Assembly: GCA_976226885.1 (NCBI GenBank)
Contig: OZ320321.1
Location: 75,330,001 to 75,394,000 of the forward strand
DNA from: Iphione sp. A-MEVVRFRX5
Lineage: Eukaryota
Direction of reading: 5' to 3'
DNA: 64,000 nt
Position 1 is the stretch's first letter. Every line of letters begins with the position of its first letter. Below the pieces are notes generated by a model. That model was not told where the DNA came from, did not search any database, and was given only the letters and a program-made list of their open reading frames with translations. A program made the position numbers and the translations under genes. Positions 1 to 11,900 of this stretch are shown piece by piece.

Positions 1-1700
1 GCCCCTGAGTGCGAGCTCCCCTGGAAGGGCCTCGGGGGCCTCTTCCCTGCTCCAAATCCCTCTTCTTGGTGTTGCATTCTCGTGCAAAATGCCCCGGATT
101 GTGGCAATAGTAACAAATTACAGTGGAATTTTCTGGGAGCAAGGATGGTACTGCTTGGGTTCCTGAAGAGAAAGTTGTGGGGGCTAAGGCCTGCCGTGAC
201 ATGGCAGGGGCGGAGGGCTGAGTCGCCGCCTCTGCCTGGGTGGTTGGAGGGAAAGGGGCGGGTGTGCTGCGGACAGGGGTGGGGGTAGCTGGGGTTGTTC
301 CCCCTAGTGTTTTAAGGGCGTAAGTCATAATTTCCCCGAACAAGTCCTTCATAACCTCCTTTTTCAGGGCATCCACCATGGACTCCATATCCGCTAGTCT
401 CTTGCGGAAGCCTCCCTGCTGCCGCCAGCGTTTGCACGCATCGGTAACAGCATGATGAAAGGAGGGGATGGTCCGATGGTCCATCGTCTCTCTAAGTTCA
501 GGGAGGATATTTTCCATGAATATTCTCCCTGCCTTCTCATCACTGTCCTGACCTGCAGCTATGCAAACCTTCATCAGTCGGTCTGCAAACTCACTAGGAG
601 TTTCATCCCGCCACTGCTTACAACCCCTCAATCTTTCTGAAATTTCTGAACCAGAAGGACCCTTTTCCTTGAGGAGGAACCCCCGAAGGGTAGCCCAATC
701 TCGGTGAGGAGCGATATGTATGTGGAGGGTTCGGGGGCAGAAGGTTTTAATCTTTTCAAAGCACCTGTGTATGTATGCAGGTCTGCAAGCATTTCCCTCT
801 CCCTCTAACTCGGTCCCATAGACAGCTTTCATATAATCTTCGTACTGGTGAATCCAGTCTGCAACTGCATAGGGATCATTGGGGAACATACCTGGTCTCC
901 TTGGCATGACAGTTAACCTCTTGGTCAGATCCTCTATCCAATCACCCTCTGCCATTCTAGCACTTATGTTCCTAGCTCCCACAGAGTAAGCAGGGTTAGA
1001 ACTTACAGTTGGTGTAGACGCACGGGCTGATGTAGGTGTTGGTCGTAGCGGACGCTGCAGTTGTCTTGATATCCCTGGTTGAGGAGAGGTGCCGCGCGGC
1101 GTGATGAAGACTTGGCGGTGCTCTGTAGAGGGGCGTACAACCTGAGCTCCGGGTGTAAATGTCAATGACTTGTCAGGAACGGTACTCCGGATCGTCGAGG
1201 CGTCGTCGCGGCTGGACAGGGAGGAGGATCGTCCAAAAGAAGAAGAGGAGGTGCGTCGGCTGGTGGGTGCTGGTTGAGGAGTGCCCAGTGGAATCCGGGG
1301 GCTACTTGTTGGTGAAGGGGAGGCACTAACCCGGCCTCTGGTAAGTGAGCGACTGCGTCGTTCGCTGGCAGGGGTAGGTGGTTTCCTGGAGGTAACGCTC
1401 CTAGTGATGGGACGAGTGTTGTCTGCCATACATCCAGCTTGTCAGGAGAGGTACCCGGGTTCTCCACCAGTGTGAAATTTGCGTTACCACGGGGGCACGC
1501 AGGGATTCACTCTTTCCCTTGGGATCGTAATGGGGGTTAATGTAGGAATAGAACACCTCTGGTATGGGACTGCTTTCAGGTCCTGTACTTCCTTCTTCTC
1601 CTTCTTTCTTCCTTCGATCCAAAGGCTGTTTCCAGTCTCGGATCACAATCTGATGTCTTTCTTCTCTGTCCCCAACAGGGCTCAATAAAGTTGTAGTTCT
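1..1700 (-). mobile_element. gag: Decayed gag region of a Ty3/Gypsy-type LTR retrotransposon (family A); continues off the left edge
   Basis: Manual minus-strand translation gives a CCHC knuckle CYYCHNPGHFAREC (115-74) and a gag-like segment RLRGCKQWRDETPSEFADRL (~640-580). Frameshifts are present. It lies directly downstream of LTR-A copy 1 in the same orientation. Left-to-right extent is approximate. Confidence 0.72.
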
Positions 1701-1731
1701 GTCAGAGCATCCTGTCTTGGTGAACTTTTCA

Positions 1732-2869
1732 TGTTACCCTTCCGTGTTGGTAAAAACATGTTCAGGAGTTGGTATCAAGCGGTGGTATTACTTAGGAGAA
1801 GAGAAATGACAAGGAGTCCTGGTGTACGGTTTCCAGAGGGTTTTATTCAGAGCACATCAATGGGATGATGCTCTCCCCCTCCTGACAGCACAAGATGGTA
1901 CAATGGATATGTGGCAGACTAACCTTACTAGGGTGGATGTCAGGCTTAGGAGTCAGACCAGAATCTCTACCTTGCGGTCCTAAACATGGAGCCCAGAGTC
2001 CATGTGGTAAGTCCATGGAAGAGGACAAGGGTCCATGTGGTAAGTCCAAGCCAAAGAGCAAGAGTTCATGTGGTGAATGGAAGAGAAAATCCAAGTTGGC
2101 TCCTGGCAGGCTGGTAGACTGGAGACCTGGCTGGCTGGAGAAGACTGGAAGGCTGGAGAGTTGAAGGAGAGTTCTGGTCTGATCTCTGCTGCAGTATTCC
2201 GGTATGGACCCCAGGAGTGAGAGTTGCCAGGGAGGATGTGCATGCTCCTTATATCCTACCCTGTCCTGGCCACTCTCCTCCCATTGGCCGAGGGAAGCCC
2301 TACTCTGATTGGCTGATTTGGGGGGAAAGCTACTCTGATTGGCTAGCATAAGTAAGTACCCCATGGCTGCATGCCAGAGGATCAAAGGAATTCCTGGTGG
2401 ACATAAAATGAGGGCCATAAACCGGTCATAAACTGAAAGAGTAATAAATTTTGGTTTCAGCAAGGGCCATAAAACGGTCGTAAACTGAAAAAGCGGGGTG
2501 GTTTGGGTACAGAACCATAAAACCTGGTGCTGCCCAGGAAGCGTGAAGCCAGTTTCTTTGAAGCAACTGACATCTGGTATTTTGGTCATAAAAAGAGAGG
2601 GATTGCTTTCACCTGTCAGTTCCCTTCAGGCCTGGGTCATAAAAAGATGGGAATCCCTTTGATCTGTCTGCTGCCTTCTGGCTGGGTAGGAATTCCTTTG
2701 ATCTGCTTAACTACATTCCTGAGGGGAGCATTGGTGTTTCTGGGATGGGGGGGGTGTGTGTGTGTGTGTGAGTGTATGGCAATGAGTTGGGGCAAGGGGC
2801 TCAAAAGGGGTTTCAGTTTTGTCTTTTGTGCAGAAGGAATTGATTTTTGAAGGAGTTGTTGATCTAACA
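1732..2869 (-). repeat. LTR family A, copy 1 (probable 5' LTR of the gag-bearing element to its left)
   Basis: Termini TGTTA...TAACA. On the minus strand: CCAAT boxes (~2283-2342), TATA-like TATAAG (~2250) and AATAAA (~1845). Shares blocks (TTTATTCAGAGCAC..GGGATGATGCTCTCCCCCTCCTGACAGCACAAG; CTCTGATTGGCT; AAGTACCCCATG) with copies at 4099 and 14488. Confidence 0.7.
2380..2703. promoter_or_regulatory. Cluster of TCF/LEF and Cdx/posterior-Hox consensus sites in the LTR-A U3 region
   Basis: CCTTTGATC or its complement at 2380-2388, 2656-2664 and 2695-2703. GG(C/T)C(A/G)TAAA at 2413, 2424, 2465, 2476, 2584 and 2635, plus ACCATAAAA at 2514. Motif match only. Confidence 0.4.
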
Positions 2870-3957
2870 TTATAGATCGGCGCCCCAGGTCGCAGCTCAG
2901 GTGGCGGTGTTCTGCGGTTGCCTCTCGCCACGCCCATCCGCCACACTATCTGCGCATCTTCCAGCGACATCAGACCCTCTCGGAGCGCCTGCAGGATCGC
3001 CTCAGTCTTCCGCCTTTCTCGCCCCAGCGCCTCGCTCACCACCACCTCATGTGCTGGCGTCTGCGTCCGTCGCTCGTCGTCCACGTCTCGCTGCTGTCGC
3101 TTTCGTCGGGAAATAGGAACAACAGTCCCTGGTTTCGACTCTAACCGGCCCTCGGTTGGGTCGGGGGTCCTCTCGCCTGCCGCAGCCGATATTTGGATTC
3201 GAAGGTCCTCTGGCCCTCGTTCCTCTGCTCCCGTCGTCAGCCGCCTCGCTTCGGTTACATCAATACGTCTCTGCTTGTGCGTAGTCGTCACAGTAGACGC
3301 ATCAGGATGAGGAGCCACAACCACCACATCTTGTCTGGCGTCAGGCACCCACGGAGGCACCCATCCAGTATACAAGTGGCGTCTAGGTTGATCAAACGTC
3401 TTCGTGACGCATAAATAGGATACCGGTGGTGTCGGCAGCAGCCCGCGCCCCTGCCCGTGCGGCCTCGTTCTACACGCCGGAGTGGAGCGTGTCTGCGCGC
3501 CAGCGTAGGCCACGCATCGGTTAGCCGATTCTGCTACGTCTTCGACGAAAGGGAGATGCGGTGACGCCCACATTCACCCTTCTTGCATGGCATAGACGAA
3601 TCCTGGTCACGGCACCAAAATATTAACTCGGGTGTAACAAAGAACACCACGAGCAGGTTCTTCAATCGTCCAGCCTTTATTTCTGAAGCTGCATCACAGG
3701 TTACATGGTCGTCTCTGGCGGGTCCCAACAAGGACGCGCAACTCTCTCCTTATATACCAAACAGTGACGTAAACAACGCTACGAAAGTATGCAAAGCCCG
3801 CCGCGCTATCAGCAGCGGAAGTCTCATTTAGACAGCACATGATTGATCACCCATTGTGTCGACTCCAACTAGCGATAATACCGCGTGCCTCCACTGATAA
3901 TACCTCGTTAATTGTAATGGTCACTTCGTTAACAAGATAAGGAACAACCTGTTTACA
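2870..3957 (-). mobile_element. 5' fragment of a Gypsy element (family B): LTR, tRNA-His PBS and start of gag, cut off at LTR-A copy 1
   Basis: ORF start MWASPHLPFVEDVAESANRCVAY (3573) is homologous to MWATAPQPFVEEVAEAANQHVVY at 52810, which heads a Gypsy pol. PBS at 3597-3617. Putative LTR 3633-3957 has TGTAA..TTACA ends, minus-strand TATATAA (~3750) and AATAAA (~3678). The LTR right boundary is inferred. Confidence 0.65.
3597..3617 (-). promoter_or_regulatory. Primer-binding site complementary to tRNA-His 3' end
   Basis: Minus strand TGGTGCCGTGACCAGGATTCG. The plus strand CGAATCCTGGTCACGGCACCA matches the 3' end plus CCA of invertebrate-type tRNA-His(GUG) as recalled from Drosophila. Confidence 0.8.
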
Positions 3958-4098
3958 AGTCAGGCGTCACGTATGCCAATCGAAAATTTTAACTGGGTCT
4001 CCAGTAAAAGGCCCTGCTTTAACACGTATAACTGTACACTATACACAACACAGTATACCCTTTTCTCATGCATGTATTCTTAACTCATTCTGGTACTC

Positions 4099-5172
4099 TG
4101 TTACAAAGGAAAGTTTAAGGAGTCTGGTATATAGTTTATAGAGGGCTTTATTCAGAGCACTGGGAGCAGTGGGATGATGCTCTCCCCCTCCTGACAGCAC
4201 AAGGTGAAGTGGTAGACTCGCAAGAGATGGGTTTCAGGCATATGGGGGAGACTAGAGCTTCAGCCTTGTAGTCCCTCAGCAGGGAGCCAGAGTCCTTGGA
4301 GAGGTGGGGACCCCAAGTGGTCTTGGCAACTGGGCAGGGTGGCTGGGTGGCTGAGTAGTGGGCAGAGGTTGGAGGCCCAGAGGCTTCTAGGTGCAGAAGG
4401 GCTCTGGGCTGGTCTTGGCCGGTGTCTTCAGGTGGGAATCCCAGGAGTAGGGAATCTTGATGAGACGTCCGACAAATGGGATGGAACGGTGGAATGCCTG
4501 AGAAGAGATGGCATGAACTGAATCAAAAAACAAATTGAATACTCAGGGAGCCTGGGCACCCTCCTTATATCCTAACCAGTCCCCTGATGCACTCTTCTCA
4601 TTGGCTGAGGGGAGGGCTGCTCTGATTGGCTAAGAGGGAAAAATCTCTGCTCTGATTGGCTCACATAATAAAGTACCCCATGCCAGGAGGCAAAAGATCA
4701 AATCGAAATTTAATGGTGATTAATCAGGGGTGTTAAAATCACATAAATCCAAAGGGTGATTAAGTCCTCATAAATTTTGGACTCAAAGCGATAAAGTTGT
4801 TGCACTGCCCAGGGAGGGTGTTTAGATAACCCCCGACACATGGGTCTGGTGTGACTCAGACCAGGGGCAATCTGGAATGGATTCTTCAGGGGCAAGGCCT
4901 CTTGTTTTGAAAGGTGGGGCCATGTTGTAGGCTCCCTTGATGTTTATACTGGCCATGGCAGTTTTACAGTGGCTCAGAGCTTAGGGGTTGTAACCTTCTA
5001 GCGCAAGGAGGTGTGGTCTTCCTGAGCCAATGATGGCGCCCTGTTTATGGGCCAGACAGCCACCGCTTTGCAGTTCCAGGGGGACTTGGTGCTTGAATCC
5101 AGTTACTGGGAGGTCCCAGCGCATATAGCACCCACCGTAGAGTGGATATTTGGGGGAGTTGATGATGTAACA
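4099..5172 (-). repeat. LTR family A, copy 2 (solo or fragment)
   Basis: TGTTACA...TGTAACA termini; same polyA, TATA and CCAAT blocks as copy 1; right end alignable with copy 3. No TSD or PPT found. Confidence 0.65.
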
Positions 5173-5419
5173 GGAGCCTGGCTCGAGAGAGCGCCATGGG
5201 TTATCTCCCTACCGTACTTGGTCGGTAATGAAATAGGAGGAAACTATGATTGATGAGGTGCTGCCAGTTGAAAGGTGGGCTCACCAAGATAGGGAAGTGG
5301 AAAGTTGTGGAAGATGATCTACAACATTCCATTTAGGCTCTAGATAATGTGTTATCACAAATCACTGATGTCGCTGGCATTGTGTGAGCAGCCATGAGGA
5401 GGGTCCTTGGAAAAGGGGA

Positions 5420-8400
5420 TTTTCCAAAAATGACTTGATGTGAGGTCTGTCTTTTCTACATGGCTGAAAAGAATTTTTCTCTCAAAAGAGGATATAGACA
5501 TCTTGGTAATAACAGAAAGTTGGTTGAAAGATTTTGTACCAGACCAAGCTATCCATATAGATGGATATGTCCCTTATAGACGCGATAGACAATCAATTTT
5601 GAGGTCAGGGGGAGGTGGGGTTGTAGCGTATGTTAAAAGGGAAATAGACACAGTAATGGAAGTTGATCTACTAAGTGAGGAACACACAGATCACCTAGAA
5701 ATTTTGAAACTTACTTACAACTTGAGAGGACATAGTTTACTAATACTTTGTTGCTATAGACCCCCTAGAGGCATCATCAAGTCTTGTGTAGAGATACTCT
5801 CTAACAAAATAAGAGAATACACGTTTAAGCGAAGTATAGATATAGTTGTTATAGGGGATCTTAATATTGATGTTAATAGGCCAAGTTCCCCAGGGAGGAA
5901 CTTATTAGAAGATTTCATGGCATAACATGCACTATGCCAACTAGTTAAAAAACCTACCCGAATTACAAGTTCAAGTAGAAGTGTTATTGACTTAATCATT
6001 ACTAACGCACCATTCAACGTGAATAATGTAAGTGTGCTGGATAGTGCTTTCAGTGATCACTGTAGGGTGATCTGCAATCTCAACTACCCTATGCAATCTC
6101 CAGAGAAGAGTTATATCTGGAGTAGGGGTAATGTTTACCGACATCACAACAACTATCTAGCTGATGCCTCATATGGTATCAATGCAATTTTTTTAGAGCA
6201 GTCTGACCTTAATTATACTTGGCTTAAAATAAAGTATTTCTTGTTAAGATTGCATGATTACTATTACCCAAAGAAAAAGGTTAGGGTGAAAGGGGCCAGG
6301 ATGCCATGGATGACAGAATATTGCCTTGAAATTATTAGGACCCGAAATAGAGTTTTTAGAAGAGCGAGACTCCTAAATAGAGCAGAGGATTGGTTAGAAT
6401 ACAAAGTACTTAGACGCAGGGCTGTCATGGTGGTAAGAAGGGCAAAAAAAGAGTTTATAATAAGTAAAGGCCAGGAGCTGGTCGCTGATAGTGGTAAGTA
6501 TTGGCAACATATTCGTAAGTGGTTAGGCCTGGGTAGGGAAGGGGAGAGGACAATTATCCTACGGGACCAGGGAGGCATTGTATCTCCAAATCTGGTCCCG
6601 GATAGAATAAATGAATTCTTCCTCAATGTTGGCGAGAATGTAAGGAAAGAGATCAACGATGTGGCAAATTCTCAAAATCCTTGGACAAGGGTAGTGAATG
6701 AGAATGATGTAAGCAATCTGGATCACATTAGTACTAATGCGGTTGAGGTGGGGAGGATCATTGTAAATTTAAACAAAAATAGGAAGTCCCAGATAGGTGG
6801 TATCCCCACCAAAACCCTCTGCGATGTCATGCTTCACACAGTGACTGGTTGGACTGAATACATTAATAAGTGTTTTCAGTTTCCATTGATGCCCACTGAT
6901 TGGAAAACAGTGTGTGTGGTACCACTTTGGAAGGGAGGTAGTCGTACTAATGTGATCAATTATAGACCCATTAGTCTGTTAAACCAACCATCCAAGATAA
7001 TGGAGCGAATTGTTCACAAGCGTATAATGTCGTTTTTAGAAAAGAATGGTCTCCTCTGTGGTAACCAGCATGGCTTTCGTCCATCATGGTCCACCGAGTC
7101 TGCTATTGCCGAGGTTCTAGAAATCATACATAGAGCACTAAACAAAGGAAATTTGATAGTTGGACTGTTTGTTGACTTTAAAAAGGCATTCGACTCGGTG
7201 GACCACGAGGTACTGTTAGCCAAAGCCTCTTGTCTGGGCATTAAGGGAAAGGTGCATGAATGGCTACGTAACTACCTATCTGATCGTGAACAACTAGTTA
7301 ACTGTAATGGACTGAGTTCCAGTAGAGGTAGGATCACCTGCCGGGTACCGGAGGGGTCCATTTTGGGACCCCTGCTGTTCCTCATACTGATAAATGATCT
7401 ACCGAATGCACTGGATGGTGTAATGTGCACGTTGTACGCCGATGATCTGGTTATCCTGGTGGAGGGACTGACAGTAGATGAAATAAAACAGAAACTTCAT
7501 AACATAGGTAACAGACTATGGAACTGGTGTAGAAGGTCTCGGATCTTGATTAACTATCTCAAGACTAAGTGTCTACCATTCACATATGGGCATAGATATG
7601 TGTTGTGTGAGAGCAACAAGGTTAGCTTAGGCGAGCATCAGATTGATGTTGTGACTGATTATAAATACCTAGGGGTTCAGTTAGATGATAAGTTGCGTAT
7701 GACACTGTTCCACAAGCAACAACTAATGAAAACCAGAAATAAAATACATTACTTGCGTAAAATTAGAAAGTTCCTTTCTACAGATGATGCTATTAAAATA
7801 GTCAAAACACTGGTGTTACCACTTTCCGAGTATGCCAGTATTGTGAACACTACCACTACTGCCAAAACTTTTATTAGACTCATGAGAGGAAGACGGTGTG
7901 CCATAAATCTTGCTCACGGCCATATCTTTATTTCGCTAGGAGAAGTGACTAATGATCACTTGTCCTTCAGAAATGAACGACTGCTGATGCTAGGGCACAA
8001 ACGAGCTTTCACTAAAAGGGTAGTATATCGAACCAGGCGTGCAGGTAAAAGGGAGATTCCTGTCGATAGGCCGAGAAGGGAAGGTTATAGGAGATCCCCA
8101 CTTTATGTAGCTTCACTGCTGTGGAAGGAGCTCAGTGTTACCCAGTCGAACTACGAAGAAAAACAATTCAAGACATTGGTAAAAAATCTTGGTAGGGAAG
8201 ACAAGACGTCCTACAGGGTGGGGTAGATAAGGGAAGAAATGAGCTCTATGATGGCTTCCATTAAATTCCATTGCCAGCTAAGCACAAATACTATGCTCTG
8301 ACAACATTCCTAGTTCTCCTGAAGGTTAAGTGTTCAACCTGAAATTTGTGGTTACAATCCTGGCATGGGGCGATGCTGCTGCCTGATTGCAACCACTATT

Positions 8401-8893
8401 CAAAAAGGTTAGGTAAAACCTATGTTTATCAATTTATGTTATCACATGCACTTCAACAAGTAGAAGGGACATTGAGCATTGCTGCTATCCCAACAAGCAA
8501 TATAATGTCTTATGAAGTGTTATCAGGGCATGGGGCTATGCTGCTGCTCGATACACTTCCTAGCAAATAAGGATTATATGTACCAGGCATGGGGCAATGC
8601 TGCTGCCTGTCGTGATCTTTGTGTTGAATCTATACTCCGTTGCATAGACAGAATGTTTATTTCTATGTAATCAAACCAAGTTTGGAATTATTATTTGTTT
8701 TGTTTTGTTATATCGATGCTAAAGTATACTCACTATATATCGGCACTATGTCTTCATCAAATTTCAATTCATGCTCTTTTCTTTCTTCTCTGAATGGTTT
8801 TCATCAAAAGCAAAGTTGATCAAGAAAAAAACTGGATGTACATAATTTACGTATCAGGTTCCAGAGGAAATAAAGATTAAAAAAAAAAAAAAA
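5420..8893 (+). mobile_element. Near-intact APE-RT LINE (CR1/L2-group-like) with 3' UTR and poly(A) tail
   Basis: APE motifs (ITESWL, GGGVVAYVK, YRPP, GDLN, SDH) and RT motifs (YRPISLL, QHGF, VDFKKAFDSV, PEGSILGPLLF, YADD). AATAAA followed by an A-run at ~8869-8893. 5' boundary approximate. Confidence 0.9.
5440..8226 (+). pseudogene. LINE ORF2 (endonuclease-reverse transcriptase), interrupted by one in-frame TAA at 5923-5925
   Basis: Track ORFs 5440-5925 and 6019-8226 are in the same frame. Reading through the stop gives HALCQLVKKPTRIT..VIDLI, which is canonical APE sequence. Confidence 0.88.
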
Positions 8894-8979
8894 ATTTGGT
8901 GTCGGAGTACAACTGGTATAAGGAAACTGGGTATTCCTTGCGGGACCAGTTGAACAGGACCCGCTATTGGTTTCTGCAT

Positions 8980-11900
8980 TCAGTATGTTACTGTAGGTGG
9001 CGACAGTAGCGATTTATCTCACACACCAGAGGGCTTCAGGGCCCCACGCATTCAAATCATTCGTGCTGCTGTCGCCACTCCAACCACATGTATACACAAT
9101 GCCTACCGATTCAGCAGATAATTCGGATGGTTCAGATTGAAGCAAGGTTGGAGCGAGTAGAGAAGCAAGATAAAGCCAAGAAAACCCTTGTTGACCCTTC
9201 GATAAAGGAGCGACTACGGGGAGTGAGGCCCAAGCAACCGTCGGCCGCCACACCGGCTGACCCGGGGTCAAGTGGTCAGCACGAAAACCCCGCCAACGAT
9301 GACCCAGATGACTCACAGGCAGACAAGCATGAATACCCCTCACCAGATATGTTGAGGGACATCGCAGAGGAGAATATGGACCTCCTTCTCAGGATGGTCT
9401 ACCCTGACTCAATAGCGGTGAAAGGTAAGCCAAAGAGGATTTCACCTGCTGCATATATTTACAAGCCGGATACTAAGGAACCTGAAATAGACAGTCTCAC
9501 TGCCTTTCAATATGTCGCTGGACTCCTTAGTATGTATTCAGACCCAAAGCTCTCCCCCATGATTGACAAGGCAGACCTCCTAGAGCATGCAAAGGATGTG
9601 TGTAGAGAAGCCAACGCACTGCCCTGGCCACCCCTGAGGAGGTGGGTGGGGGAGTTATGGGAGGCTGTAGCTAATAAGGAACTTACCCTAGGCGACATCT
9701 ACAAGTTCCAGCAATACAAAACAACATCGGTTAATGAATACTTTCAGATGACCCCAAGGGCCACCTCAATACCTAATGTGACCTGCCCTACCTGGCTCCA
9801 AGGGAAGTGTGAGAAGACACCCCCCCATATAGTTGAAAACATCAGCCTTTTTCATAGTTGTTCGATATGCTACTTCTTGTTCTCTAAGCAGCTGGACCAC
9901 AAGCCAGAAACATGCAGGCACAAGAGGAAGCTGCAGAAAGACCAAGAAAAGGACAAGAGGCAGTGGCCAGACAAATCCTCGACCCCACAACCCCAGAGGC
10001 AGCAGCAGTGCCGACAGGACAACTGGCAGACCAATTAGGACTGGAACAACAGGGCTGGGATATTGAGGCCTCTTCCCAGCCATATACTCCTAAGGCAACC
10101 ATCTTCAGATGCCCCCCACCCGACTTGGACCGTATGGTTGCGCGGGTGCTTACAACATGGCCTAAAGCATCTAGCCAATGTGATGAACTACATGCAAAAG
10201 TTTATAATTCCGTGGCACTAACAGGTCGCTTCAATATGTGTGAGGCTCGCATTCCGTTGAGCTCGAACCTGGTGATTCCTGCTTGGGAGCCATTGTTTCC
10301 CCCAACGCTGCCAGGCTATCCCTTCCTCTTGCATGGCCTTATCTTTGGCTTTCCCCTAGGCCTGCTTGACCTTCCAAAGAGTCCCCCACTTTCAAGGTTA
10401 ATTTCCCCTCAGCCCTCAATTTCCAAACCTCCGTCAGCTCATATATCCATACCGAACTCACTGAATGAGCTATAGCAGGCCCTTTCTGTGATCCACCATT
10501 CGACCCCTTTATTGTAAGCCCCATGCTCACCTGACCTCAGAGTGAGCCTGGGGCCAGATGTGTGATAGTAGACCTATCATTTTCTGGCATCAACCCACTG
10601 ATACCAGAACATGACTACCATGGTCTCGAAGTGAAGCTCAAACTACCAACAACATTCGATATGGTCTCTCATTTTCAAGAAGCTGGCCCACAGGCATGAT
10701 TATTCTCGGTCAGCCTTACACTAGCCTACAGGCATTTTTGTGTTGACCCCCTGTTATGGCCGGCTCTCGGTTTATCTGCTGATGGCAAATTATTTTTCGA
10801 TAAGCGCCTGCCCTTTGGCACTAGATTCAGCTCCCTAATATTACAAGTGTTGTCAGAAAGGATCATTGCTCATGTCACTGCCAAATTCCCAGGTGTTGTA
10901 GGATATGCTTATCTTGATGACTATGTCTTTCTCACCTCCAACCCTGCCCAGGCAATGGATGCTTACCACTATATCATGTGTTTTTTGAATAGCCTGGGTC
11001 TACCACCTGCCCAGCATAAGTGCAACCCCCCAGCTGAGTCATTAGTCTGGCTGGGAATTAATCTAGATGTTAGACGTAAGCTCATGTCAATTCCACAGTC
11101 TAATGTTACAAAGTGCCTGGTACTGCTTAAGTCTCTGATAAGCAAAGAGGCCATCACCTGCAAGCAAACCCAGAGTGTCTTAGGCCTCATTAATTTTATC
11201 TCCAAGTGTGTTAGTCCAGCGAGGCTATTTATGGGCTGACTCCTTGCCCAGTTTAGAGAGGATGTACATAATAAATCTACACACATCCTGATCACTGCAG
11301 AAGTTAAGAAAGACTTCTCATGGTTCATTCGGTTTCTGTCAAGGTACTATGGCATCTTGCTCATACACGAAAAAAATGTCTGTGATGTTATACATGCGGA
11401 TGCCTGCCCGTCGGGCCTAGGGGCCTACTCTGGCTCCCAATATTACTCTGTTCCCTCACCGAGATGCATTAATAAGTTACATATCTCTGCCATAGAGGCT
11501 ATCAATGTTGTTGTAGCCGTACATGCCTTCCTACCCTCATATCCAAAGGGTTCAAAGGTCGTGGTGTATTGCGATAATCATGCAGCAGTTGATACTTTCA
11601 ACTCTGGTAAGGCTAGGGATGTACACTTATTAATGGCTGCGAGAGCTATATGGTTCACTCAAGCAACTTGTGAGGTCAAGATTCTTTTCAAGCATAAATC
11701 CGGCTCCCTCATGATCTGGGCGGATGCCCTCTCTAGGCTTTCCCTCGCCCCAAAATATTCTGCGATTATCTCAAATATGTTAAAGCAATCCCCCCATCTT
11801 TGATTCATACATATCAAAGAAAAGGCAGTTCAAAAGATCTTCACCTTTTAGGAATGCTTTCTTTACAGATTCCTGTCTACACAGCTTAGCATCAGTGGCC

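Noticed and set aside
2707-3573. 288-aa ORF as a complete gene
   Set aside because: Only the N-terminus is gag-like; the frame runs across the 2870 junction into LTR sequence and a CA microsatellite.
6264-7241. Antisense ORFs over LINE, YR and PLE coding regions throughout the window
   Set aside because: Shadow frames of real coding sequence with no independent motifs.
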